A stretch of 20,579 nucleotides of DNA from Halobacteriota archaeon (GCA_051747545.1 JBNJGG010000034.1:1-20579), one strand, 5' to 3'; shown: positions 8,537 to 15,964, numbered from the stretch's first letter. The notes: generated by a model not told the origin, from the letters alone. Numbers and translations are program-made.

Positions 8537-10291
8537 ATGAGAAAGGCGAAAATCGTCTGCACGCTCGGCCCGGCGTCGGACGACCGAGCGACGATTCGGG
8601 CGCTCGCCGAGGCTGGGATGAGCGTCGCTCGACTCAACGCCAGCCACGGAACGGTCGCGGAACGCGCCGCCACCATCGACCGGATTCGCGCCGTCGACGA
8701 CGTCGTCGAGACGCCGCTGGCGGCGATGGTGGACCTGCAGGGCCCCGAGGTCAGAACCGCAACCCTCGACGAGCCGATTCACCTCGAAACCGGGTCGACC
8801 GTTCGGTTCGTCGTCGGTGACACCGCCACCCCGGAGGAGGTGGGCCTGTCGGTCGCAATCGACGCGGCCGCTCCCGGCGACAGAATCCTGCTGGACGATG
8901 GCCACATCGAAGCCACGGTCGAGGCCATCGAGGGCGAGACCGTCCTCGCTCGCGTCGACTCCGGCGGCGAACTCGGCGGGCGCAAGGGCGTCCACGTCCC
9001 TGGTGTCGACCTCGACGTCGACCGCATCACCGACACCGACTACCGTGACCTCGAAGTCGCGGTCGAGCGGGATGCGGACTTCGTCGCCGCGAGTTTCGTC
9101 CGCGACGCGAGCGACGTGTACGCCGTCAGCGACGCACTCGGCGCGCTCGGCGGCGACATTCCGGTCGTCGCCAAGATAGAGCGGGCCAGCGCCGTCGCCA
9201 CTCTCGACGCAATCGTCGGGGCGGCCGACGGCGTCATGGTCGCCCGCGGTGACCTCGGCGTCGAGTGCCCGCTCGAGGAGGTGCCGATGATTCAAAAGCG
9301 CATCATTCGGCGGTGTCAGGCCGCCGGCGTCCCAGTCATCACGGCGACCGAGATGCTCGACTCGATGGTCCACGCCCGTCGCCCGACGCGCGCGGAAGCC
9401 TCCGACGTTGCGAACGCGGTTCTCGACGGGACCGACGCGGTGATGCTGTCCGGTGAGACGGCCGTCGGTGACCACCCCGTCCGAGTCGTCGAGACGATGG
9501 ACCGAATCGTCGACGAGGTCGAAGCCAGCGAGGAGTACGCCGAGAGCCAGGCCCAGCACGTTCCCATCCCGGCGGCCGACTCGCGCACGGAAGCACTGGC
9601 TCGGTCGGCCCGATCGCTGGCCCGAGACATCGGAGCCGCGGCCATCGTCACCGCCAGCGAGTCCGGGTACACCGCCCGCAAGACGGCGATGTTCCGTCCG
9701 ACGGTCCCCATCGTGACCACGACGCCCAGCGACGCGGTTCGTCGCCAACTCGCGCTGACGTGGGGCGTTCGCGCCCAGTACGCCCCGTACGCCGAGGGGA
9801 TCGACGCCGTCGTCGAGAGCGCGGTCACGGCGGCCCTTGACGCTGGCGTCGCCGAGAGCGGCGACACGGTCGTCGTCCTCTCGGGGATGATGACCGAACT
9901 CGAAGGGACGAACACGACGAACATGCTCAAAGTCCACGTGGCCGCCGAGACGGTTGCAGTCGGTCGAAAAATCGTCGGCGGGCGCGCGGTTGGTCCGCTC
10001 GCCCGCGCTCCCGACGGTGACCTGACGACGCTTCCAGACGGGGCGATACTCGCCGTCGACACCGACTTCGACGGGGAGTTCACTGGCGACGTGAGCACAC
10101 TCGGTGGTATCGTCGACGCCCATTCGGGGCTGACCGGCTACCCGGCACTCTTCGCACGGGAACTCGACGTACCGATGATAAGCGACGCGCCGATTCCCGA
10201 CGCTCTCGCCGACGGGACGACGCTCACGCTCTACGCCGAGCGCGGCGTCGTCTACGAGGGTGACGTCCTCAAACACGAGCGACCCGCGTGA
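8537..10291 (+). CDS. pyk: Pyruvate kinase, long form with C-terminal PEP-utiliser mobile-domain extension
   Basis: 584 aa. The N-terminus is MRKAKIVCTLGPAS (the PK signature), followed by the PK barrel and C-domain. An extra ~100-aa C-terminal domain (GGIVDAHSGLTGYPALFARELDVPMISDA) resembles the His mobile domain of PpsA/PPDK. Confidence 0.9.
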   Translation: MRKAKIVCTLGPASDDRATIRALAEAGMSVARLNASHGTVAERAATIDRIRAVDDVVETPLAAMVDLQGPEVRTATLDEPIHLETGSTVRFVVGDTATPEEVGLSVAIDAAAPGDRILLDDGHIEATVEAIEGETVLARVDSGGELGGRKGVHVPGVDLDVDRITDTDYRDLEVAVERDADFVAASFVRDASDVYAVSDALGALGGDIPVVAKIERASAVATLDAIVGAADGVMVARGDLGVECPLEEVPMIQKRIIRRCQAAGVPVITATEMLDSMVHARRPTRAEASDVANAVLDGTDAVMLSGETAVGDHPVRVVETMDRIVDEVEASEEYAESQAQHVPIPAADSRTEALARSARSLARDIGAAAIVTASESGYTARKTAMFRPTVPIVTTTPSDAVRRQLALTWGVRAQYAPYAEGIDAVVESAVTAALDAGVAESGDTVVVLSGMMTELEGTNTTNMLKVHVAAETVAVGRKIVGGRAVGPLARAPDGDLTTLPDGAILAVDTDFDGEFTGDVSTLGGIVDAHSGLTGYPALFARELDVPMISDAPIPDALADGTTLTLYAERGVVYEGDVLKHERPA

Positions 10292-10328
10292 GAGCGAGGT
10301 CCGAGGACATCGACCACTCGCAGCCGAG

Positions 10329-10344
10329 TTATCTCAGCTGATAA
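10329..10344. promoter_or_regulatory. Near-palindrome TTATCTCAGCTGATAA (TTATC...GATAA arms around CAGCTG) upstream of the TATA box; candidate operator
   Basis: Read directly from the sequence. It would be a perfect palindrome but for one inserted T. Confidence 0.35.
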
Positions 10345-10356
10345 TTGGGTGTGTAA

Positions 10357-10365
10357 TTTTTTATA
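10357..10365 (+). promoter_or_regulatory. Strong archaeal TATA box (TTTTTTATA) for the surface-protein operon
   Basis: The most AT-rich 9-mer in the window. It lies about 65 nt upstream of the ATG at 10430. Confidence 0.5.
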
Positions 10366-10368
10366 CCG

Positions 10369-10411
10369 GTGTCGGGAACAATCGGCAACCACCGGGCAGG
10401 TGTCCCGACAC
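10369..10411 (+). promoter_or_regulatory. Inverted repeat GTGTCGGGA...(25 nt)...TCCCGACAC spanning the predicted TSS/5'UTR
   Basis: A 9-bp perfect stem read from the sequence. It could be a 5'UTR hairpin or a DNA operator overlapping the TSS. Confidence 0.4.
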
Positions 10412-10429
10412 ACCGTGCCGCGCTCCCTC

Positions 10430-12178
10430 ATGAGACGGTCGCTTCACCTCGCGCTGACGTTCTCCGTGGTGGTGACGCTCGTCGCTGCCACGCCGACGGC
10501 CGTCGTCGCGGCTGGCGTCTCGGAGCCGACGCACGCGGCACTCGAAACTGCTCCCGCTGCCGACCAGAGCGGGTCGCCCTCGTTCGTCAACAACACGGTC
10601 ACGGTGACTCGCGGCGACGTCGCCGAAATCACCGTGTCGCACTCGAAGGCTGCCCGGGTCCACGTCGGCGGTCCGGGCTTCGGCTACCACCTCGAAATCG
10701 TCCTCAATGGGTCGGGAACGGACACGATTACGCTCGACACGTACAACTCCACGGGCCCGGCAGAGAGTCACGTCACCGGCGGTAACGCCACGCTTCACAC
10801 GCGCTCTCTCGACAGGCCGCTCGTCCCGTCCCGGTACCTGATGAACGTGACCGTCGACGGGGTCGAACAGGATCTGGGTACGCTCGAAATCGAGGAGCGT
10901 TCGACGGTCACGACCGCGGTATCGGTCGCTCCCGGGACGTCCGACCTGGACGAACTCGACGCCGACGAGTTGGCGGCGCTTCTCACCCACCGCGAACACG
11001 TCGCCCGAGGCGACCTGGCTGTCGTTCGACTCGACGGGAGCGGGTTGGAATCGGCGTTCGACGCCGAGGACCTCTCTGGAGGGCCGAACGCAGAGGGGAT
11101 TCGCGTGCGCTTTCGAGACACCACTCACCGCCAGAACAGAGCGCCCCGGTCGTTCGTCGCCACCGAGGAGACGAACGTGACGGTCCTCACCGAGTTCGAG
11201 GACGACGCCGTGCTCCTCGTGTGGGACACGAGCGACGTCTCGCTGTCCCGCGGCAACGTCACGTACGAAGTCGTCGCCGAGTTGGTGGCCGACCACAACG
11301 ACCTGGTCGTAGAGGACGAACTCCTCGCCCGCACGAACGTGACCGTGGTCCCCCCCTCGGTAACGCTGGAGGCAACGCCCGGGTTCGCGCTGTATCCGTG
11401 GCGCGGATCGAACCTCTCGGTCACCGGGCAGACGAACATCGCACCTGAGACGCCCCTCGACCTCCGCGCGCGCTCGACGGGACCGGACCCGTTCCTGCAG
11501 CGCGAACTCGTGACCGTCGACGGAAGCGGAAGCTTCCGGGCGCGGTTCGACTTCGGAACCGTCGAGCGCGGGACTTCCTTCCCGCTCTGGGTGCTGAACT
11601 ATCGGGACGAGTCGGTCACCACCGTCTCGCTCCCGTCGCAGGCGGCGAACCTGACGTTCCGCGACCAGCGTCTCGACGACGATGCGGTGACGCTCCGTTC
11701 GGTCAGCCTCCCGATGGACGGGTTCGTCCGAATCGAGCGTGAAGACGGCTCGACCATCGGCCAGACCGACCATCTCGTCGCTGGCGACCACGACAACGTG
11801 ACGGTGTCGCTCGACACCGCTTTGCTCTCGAACCAGACGCTCGCTGCCGTCGCCCACGTCGACCGTAATCTCGACGGCTCGTTCGACCCACGTCGCGACC
11901 CCGCGTTCGCGCCATCGGGCGTGCGCGTCGACTCGGAGGCCTTCGTCACGGTCTCCGAGTCGCCCCGACCCGCGCCATCGACGACCCCGTCGTCGTCGTC
12001 GACGGCAACGCCCACGCCGACTGCGACGCTCGAACCAACCTCCGCCCGGGCGACTGCGTACCCGGTCGTGTCTCGAACGCCGCTGGCTCCACGGACGCAG
12101 ACGCGTATGGACTTCTCTGTGCTCCTGACGATTCTGTCCCTGTTCGCGACCGGCCTGCTGCTCGCGAGGCGGCGATGA
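10430..12178 (+). CDS. Secreted, heavily N-glycosylation-sequon-rich cell-surface protein with Tat-like signal and PGF-CTERM-like C-terminal anchor
   Basis: The track ORF 10349..12178 has an implausible N-terminus. The ATG at 10430 gives MRRSLHLALTFSVVVTLVAATPTAVVAAG, a twin-arginine-type signal. There are 12 N-x-S/T sequons, a beta-rich body, a Thr/Ser/Pro linker SPRPAPSTTPSSSSTATPTPTATLEPTS, and the tail MDFSVLLTILSLFATGLLLARRR-stop. Confidence 0.7.
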   Translation: MRRSLHLALTFSVVVTLVAATPTAVVAAGVSEPTHAALETAPAADQSGSPSFVNNTVTVTRGDVAEITVSHSKAARVHVGGPGFGYHLEIVLNGSGTDTITLDTYNSTGPAESHVTGGNATLHTRSLDRPLVPSRYLMNVTVDGVEQDLGTLEIEERSTVTTAVSVAPGTSDLDELDADELAALLTHREHVARGDLAVVRLDGSGLESAFDAEDLSGGPNAEGIRVRFRDTTHRQNRAPRSFVATEETNVTVLTEFEDDAVLLVWDTSDVSLSRGNVTYEVVAELVADHNDLVVEDELLARTNVTVVPPSVTLEATPGFALYPWRGSNLSVTGQTNIAPETPLDLRARSTGPDPFLQRELVTVDGSGSFRARFDFGTVERGTSFPLWVLNYRDESVTTVSLPSQAANLTFRDQRLDDDAVTLRSVSLPMDGFVRIEREDGSTIGQTDHLVAGDHDNVTVSLDTALLSNQTLAAVAHVDRNLDGSFDPRRDPAFAPSGVRVDSEAFVTVSESPRPAPSTTPSSSSTATPTPTATLEPTSARATAYPVVSRTPLAPRTQTRMDFSVLLTILSLFATGLLLARRR

Positions 12179-13224
12179 TCTCCGAGATGAACCCGTCGGC
12201 GTTCGTGAACTTTCTCGCGGACATCTGGACGATCAACGGGTGGCGGACGACGGTCCACGAACGCGAGCAGGATGGGTGGCTCATAGCCGGTGAGCGACGT
12301 GGAAGGCGCGGCTTACTGCTCGCACTTCCGAACGCCGACCAGCGGGTGACCGGCCAGCACCTCCAGCGGTTCGTCTCGACCTGCGCAGAGCGGAACGTGA
12401 ACCACCCCGTCGTCGCGACTCGGGGGACCTTCAGCGACGATGCCGAGCGAATCGCCGCCGCAAACGGGGTCCACGTCATCACCTCGGAGGACGTCTCTAA
12501 CACGGTGAAGGTGGGCGGGTTCGAGGAGATTCTGGAACAGCACTCCGACCAGAAGAGTTCTGCCGAAGGGATTGCGTCGGTAGTTGCGTCGCTCCGTCGC
12601 GTCCTGCCGAACGTCGCCGACGCGAGTGCTGTCCTCCGGCGGGTCGGGACCGCACGCTCTCCGGGCGGCCTCGACCGCTCGAAGCTCACGCGGGTGGCGG
12701 CACTCGTCTTCGTCGTCGTCCTCGGGGTCGGCGGCACCGTCGCCCCCGGTCTGGCCATCCCCAGCGTGAGCGTCCCCGGTTCGTCGTCTGACGACATCGC
12801 CGTGTCGGCCGTTTCGGCGACCGGCGTCGCTGACGCCTCGCTGGAGGTGGCGTGGCGTGCACGCACCGGCGCGACGGTCACCACCGGAAACGACACGACG
12901 TACGCCGCCCCGACCGGCGAACAGTTCGTCGTCCTCCACCTCGACGTCACGAACACCGGGTCGACGCCGACGACGCTCGATGCCGATCAGGTGCTCGTCG
13001 AATCCGAGGGTCAGCGATACGCACACCAACCCCTCCAGGGCGTCTCCGGGTTCGAAGTGGGAATCCTCGACCCGAACGAGTCGACGTCGGCGTGGCTCGC
13101 GTTCTCTGTCCCGAGAGCGTCGACCAGCGCGACGGTCCTCGTCCATCCAACGGACTCCTCTTCGCGACCCAGCGTCAGGTTCGTCCACGACCACTCGGTC
13201 TCGGCGAGCGTCTCGACACGCTGA
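12175..13224 (+). CDS. Membrane protein with three parts: N-terminal cytoplasmic Mrr-type restriction-endonuclease-fold domain, single TM helix, extracellular DUF4352-like beta-sandwich domain
   Basis: The start overlaps the upstream stop (ATGA at 12175-12178). Residues ~10-110 (FVNFLADIWTINGWRTTVHEREQDGWLIAGE...VVATRGTFSDDAERIAAANGVHVITSEDV) follow the Mrr_cat topology. The TM helix is LTRVAALVFVVVLGVGGTVAPGLAI, preceded by the basic RSKLTR. The C-terminal ~110 aa (QFVVLHLDVTNTGSTPTTLDADQVLVESEGQRYAHQ...SAWLAFSVP) looks like DUF4352. Confidence 0.6.
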   Translation: MISEMNPSAFVNFLADIWTINGWRTTVHEREQDGWLIAGERRGRRGLLLALPNADQRVTGQHLQRFVSTCAERNVNHPVVATRGTFSDDAERIAAANGVHVITSEDVSNTVKVGGFEEILEQHSDQKSSAEGIASVVASLRRVLPNVADASAVLRRVGTARSPGGLDRSKLTRVAALVFVVVLGVGGTVAPGLAIPSVSVPGSSSDDIAVSAVSATGVADASLEVAWRARTGATVTTGNDTTYAAPTGEQFVVLHLDVTNTGSTPTTLDADQVLVESEGQRYAHQPLQGVSGFEVGILDPNESTSAWLAFSVPRASTSATVLVHPTDSSSRPSVRFVHDHSVSASVSTR

Positions 13225-13478
13225 AGTGATCGGTCACCTGCGCAACCGGTCGGTCGCGGTGACGTCGCTCGCCACGTGTGGCTCTCGGGAGTCTGCTCCC
13301 GTGTTCGGTTCGTGGACCGAGCCGACAGTCCTTTGCGCGTCGGACGGCTACGACCTGGTATGAACGACGTGCCCGAGGACGCGCCGATGGGCGCGCGCCC
13401 CCGGACTCGGCCGGTCGGGAGTTCAGCCACCTGTCGGCGACCGAATCGTCCGCTAATTTCGCCGACTCACGCGGGCAG

Positions 13479-13718
13479 ATGGCCGACACAGATAGACGGA
13501 TGACCGACACAGACGACACAGATAGACGGATGACCGACACAGACGACACAGATAGACGGATGGCGGACACAGACGACACAGGTGGAGAGGCGACGGACGA
13601 GGACGCGTGGATACTCGAGGAGCCACCAATCGAACCTGGCTCGCCATCCGCCGAAAATACGCTCTTCGTCCTTCTCGGGGCCGTCATGACGTTGGTCCTC
13701 CTGTTCGGGTCCCTGTAA
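13479..13718 (+). CDS. Small (79 aa) C-terminally membrane-anchored protein built from acidic tandem repeats (MTDTDDTDRR)x3
   Basis: The track ORF 13278..13718 has an Arg-rich, unhalophilic N-terminus. The in-frame ATG at 13479 gives MADTDRRMTDTDDTDRRMTDTDDTDRRMADTDDTGGEATDEDAWILEEPPIEPGSPSAENTLFVLLGAVMTLVLLFGSL. A TAATTT element sits ~22-27 nt upstream. The gene ends 38 bp before nfeD. Confidence 0.45.
   Translation: MADTDRRMTDTDDTDRRMTDTDDTDRRMADTDDTGGEATDEDAWILEEPPIEPGSPSAENTLFVLLGAVMTLVLLFGSL
13481..13582 (+). repeat. 30-bp tandem repeat, ~3.5 copies (tgaccgacacagacgacacagatagacgga), in frame within the small CDS
   Basis: Read directly from the sequence: 13501-13530 and 13531-13560 are identical, with partial copies on both flanks. 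Confidence 0.85.
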
Positions 13719-13756
13719 TCACTAACCCTTAACCGGCGGCACTCCCAATCAGTGGT

Positions 13757-14341
13757 ATGGCAGGGTGGCTCCTGGCGGTGGCGCTCCAGCTGGACCTCGT
13801 CGGCCCGGAGATGCTTCCTCTGTTGCTCATCGTCGCCGGTCTCGGGTTGTCGTTAGCCGAGGCCCTCGCACCGGGAGCGCACTTCATCGTCCTGGGCGTC
13901 GCCCTCCTGGCCGCCGGACTGGTCGGGTTGCTGTTGGGTCCGTTGGCCGGTCCCATCGTCCTCGCGGTACTCGTCCTCGTGTTCGGTGCGGCCGCTCTGT
14001 ACGGGTACCGCGAACTCGACATCTACGGCGGGAAGGGGTCCGGACGGACGAGTGACTCCGATTCGCTCCGGGGAAAGACCGGTCGGGTGACCGAACGGGT
14101 GACGCCCACGACCGGTGAAATCAAACTCGACGAGGGTGGCTTCAATCCGTACTACGTCGCTCGCTCGGTCCACGGCGAGATTCCCGTAGATGCCGAGGTC
14201 ATCGTGACCGATCCCGGTGGCGGAAACGTCGTCACCGTCGAGTCGCTCGACGCTATCGACGACGAAATCGACCGCGAACTCCGGCGGAGTCGCACGGCCG
14301 AACGAGAGCGGCAACCCGAGACCGAGTCGGGTCGGTCCTGA
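13757..14341 (+). CDS. NfeD-family (stomatin-operon partner, short form) membrane protein with C-terminal OB-fold
   Basis: 194 aa. The N-terminus has 2-3 hydrophobic helices. The C-terminal region is the NfeD beta-barrel (GKTGRVTERVTPTTGEIKLDEGGFNPYYVARSVHGEIPVDAEVIVTD). It lies immediately upstream of the SPFH gene. Confidence 0.8.
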   Translation: MAGWLLAVALQLDLVGPEMLPLLLIVAGLGLSLAEALAPGAHFIVLGVALLAAGLVGLLLGPLAGPIVLAVLVLVFGAAALYGYRELDIYGGKGSGRTSDSDSLRGKTGRVTERVTPTTGEIKLDEGGFNPYYVARSVHGEIPVDAEVIVTDPGGGNVVTVESLDAIDDEIDRELRRSRTAERERQPETESGRS

Positions 14342-14488
14342 CGTCGCTGGGTCTCGCTCGCTGTCCGTCCCGTTCTCCGCATTTGGTGGGAATTTCGGAA
14401 ATACTGTCGTTTCAGAGGCTCTCTCGCCAGCTGAAGACACACTCTCTCGGGGCGAAGCCTTATCAGAGTGACAACCTAACTGCCGCGT

Positions 14489-15739
14489 ATGGACCCCGTA
14501 CTGTTGCAGGCAGGACTCGGCATCAGCGCGTTCGCCGTGGGGTTGTTAGTCCTGTTGCTGGCTGTCGTCACCGTCTACCAGATGGTCGAAATCGTCGACG
14601 CCTACGAGAAGAAGGCGCTCACGGTGTTCGGTGAGTACCGGAAACTGTTAGAGCCGGGTATCAACTTCATCCCACCCTTCGTCTCTCGGACGTACGCCTT
14701 CGACATGCGGACGCAGACGCTCGACGTTCCCCAGCAGGAGGCCATCACGCGCGATAACTCCCCCGTGACGGCCGATGCCGTCGTCTACATCAAAGTGATG
14801 GACGCCAAGAAGGCGTTTCTCGAGGTCGACGACTACAAACGGGCCGTCTCCAATCTAGCGCAGACGACCCTCCGGGCCGTGCTGGGCGACATGGAACTCG
14901 ACGAGACGCTCAACAAGCGGCAGGAGATAAACGCTCGCATCCGCAAGGAACTCGACGAACCCACCGACGAGTGGGGCGTCCGCGTCGAATCAGTCGAGGT
15001 CCGCGAGGTGAACCCGAGCGCCGACGTTCAGCAGGCGATGGAGCAGCAAACCTCTGCGGAACGCCGTCGCCGAGCCATGATTCTCGAAGCGCAGGGTGAA
15101 CGCCGCAGTGCCGTCGAGAAGGCGGAGGGTGAAAAGCAGTCGAACATCATCCGCGCACAGGGTGAAAAGCAGTCGCAGATTCTCGAAGCGCAGGGTGACG
15201 CCATCTCGACGGTGCTTCGCGCGAAGTCTTCGGAGTCGATGGGCGAGCGAGCTATCATCGAGAAGGGCATGGAGACGCTCGAATCTATCGGGCAGGGCGA
15301 GTCGACGACGTTCGTCCTGCCGCAGGAACTGTCCTCTCTGCTCGGTCGGTACGGCAAGCAACTCACCGGGAGCGACGTACAGGAGATGGCTGGACTGGAG
15401 AGTCGGCAGTTCGACGAGGAGACTCGCGCGCTGCTCGGCCTCGACGACATCGACGAAATCCTCGGCCAGATAGACGAGGCCGCCGAGATGGACGTCGAGG
15501 AACTGGAGAAGGCGGCCCAGGCGATAAAGTCGGGCGAGAGCGTCGACATCAAGAGTTCTACGGAGGTCATCCGAGAAGCGGAGGCGGCCGACGACGAGGC
15601 TGCGGAAGCCGAGGCGTCCGTCGAGGGCGACGCGCCGCTCGAAGAAGACCGAACGGCCGCGGGGCCGTCCTCGGCCTCGCCGGGTGAAGAGTCCTCCTCG
15701 GGTGACGGCGAGATGCAGTTCGACAAGGAAGTCGAGTAA
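14489..15739 (+). CDS. SPFH/band-7 (stomatin-like) protein with long coiled-coil and acidic C-terminal tail
   Basis: 416 aa. It has an N-terminal TM helix and an SPFH core (LTVFGEYRKLLEPGINFIPPFVSRTYAFDMRTQTLDVPQQEAITRDNSPVTADAVVYIKV). After the core come the repeats EAQGERRSAVEKAEGEKQSNIIRAQGEKQSQILEAQGD. Confidence 0.88.
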   Translation: MDPVLLQAGLGISAFAVGLLVLLLAVVTVYQMVEIVDAYEKKALTVFGEYRKLLEPGINFIPPFVSRTYAFDMRTQTLDVPQQEAITRDNSPVTADAVVYIKVMDAKKAFLEVDDYKRAVSNLAQTTLRAVLGDMELDETLNKRQEINARIRKELDEPTDEWGVRVESVEVREVNPSADVQQAMEQQTSAERRRRAMILEAQGERRSAVEKAEGEKQSNIIRAQGEKQSQILEAQGDAISTVLRAKSSESMGERAIIEKGMETLESIGQGESTTFVLPQELSSLLGRYGKQLTGSDVQEMAGLESRQFDEETRALLGLDDIDEILGQIDEAAEMDVEELEKAAQAIKSGESVDIKSSTEVIREAEAADDEAAEAEASVEGDAPLEEDRTAAGPSSASPGEESSSGDGEMQFDKEVE

Positions 15740-15932
15740 GTCGTCGCCAGCGACGGGTTCGGCCTCGCCGTAGACGCGGGACCTCGAACGTCGCCGACGC
15801 GGAATTCTGGTTGGGACGGGAACGCCCCTCGCCACGGAATCCGACTCAGACGGGGGACCGTTTTCGAACTCGATTCCTGCCAGATTTCCACTCGTTCGTT
15901 TTCTCGAACCGAAACTCGGCCGCAAGCCAACG

Positions 15933-15940
15933 CTTTTAAT
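15933..15940 (+). promoter_or_regulatory. TATA-like box (CTTTTAAT) 25-32 nt upstream of the regulator start; leaderless promoter
   Basis: An AT-rich element at canonical spacing. Two copies of GTTTTCGAAC / GTTTTCTCGAAC lie further upstream (15860-15911). Confidence 0.35.
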
Positions 15941-15964
15941 CGCTGGCCGTCGTACCTCCACTCG

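Noticed and set aside
12175-13224. Mrr-like protein considered as part of a restriction-modification system
   Set aside because: No methyltransferase or specificity gene is in the window. The catalytic (E/Q)xK motif appears absent, and the protein is a TM protein with an extracellular domain. A classical type IV restriction enzyme is unlikely.
13379-13400. GC-rich hairpin CGCGCC-gatg-GGCGCG considered as a terminator
   Set aside because: It is not followed by an oligo-T tract, and archaeal terminators rely on T-runs. Such short GC palindromes arise by chance in GC-rich DNA.
13278-13478. N-terminal 67 codons of the track ORF 13278..13718
   Set aside because: The extension is Arg-rich (RRARGRADGRA) and non-acidic, with no features. 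An internal ATG at 13479, preceded by a TAATTT element, gives a coherent small protein.
13481-13582. 30-bp tandem repeats considered as a possible mini-CRISPR array
   Set aside because: The units abut each other with no spacers and are not palindromic. They are in frame within an ORF (encoding MTDTDDTDRR) and there are no cas genes nearby. It is therefore a coding minisatellite, not a CRISPR.
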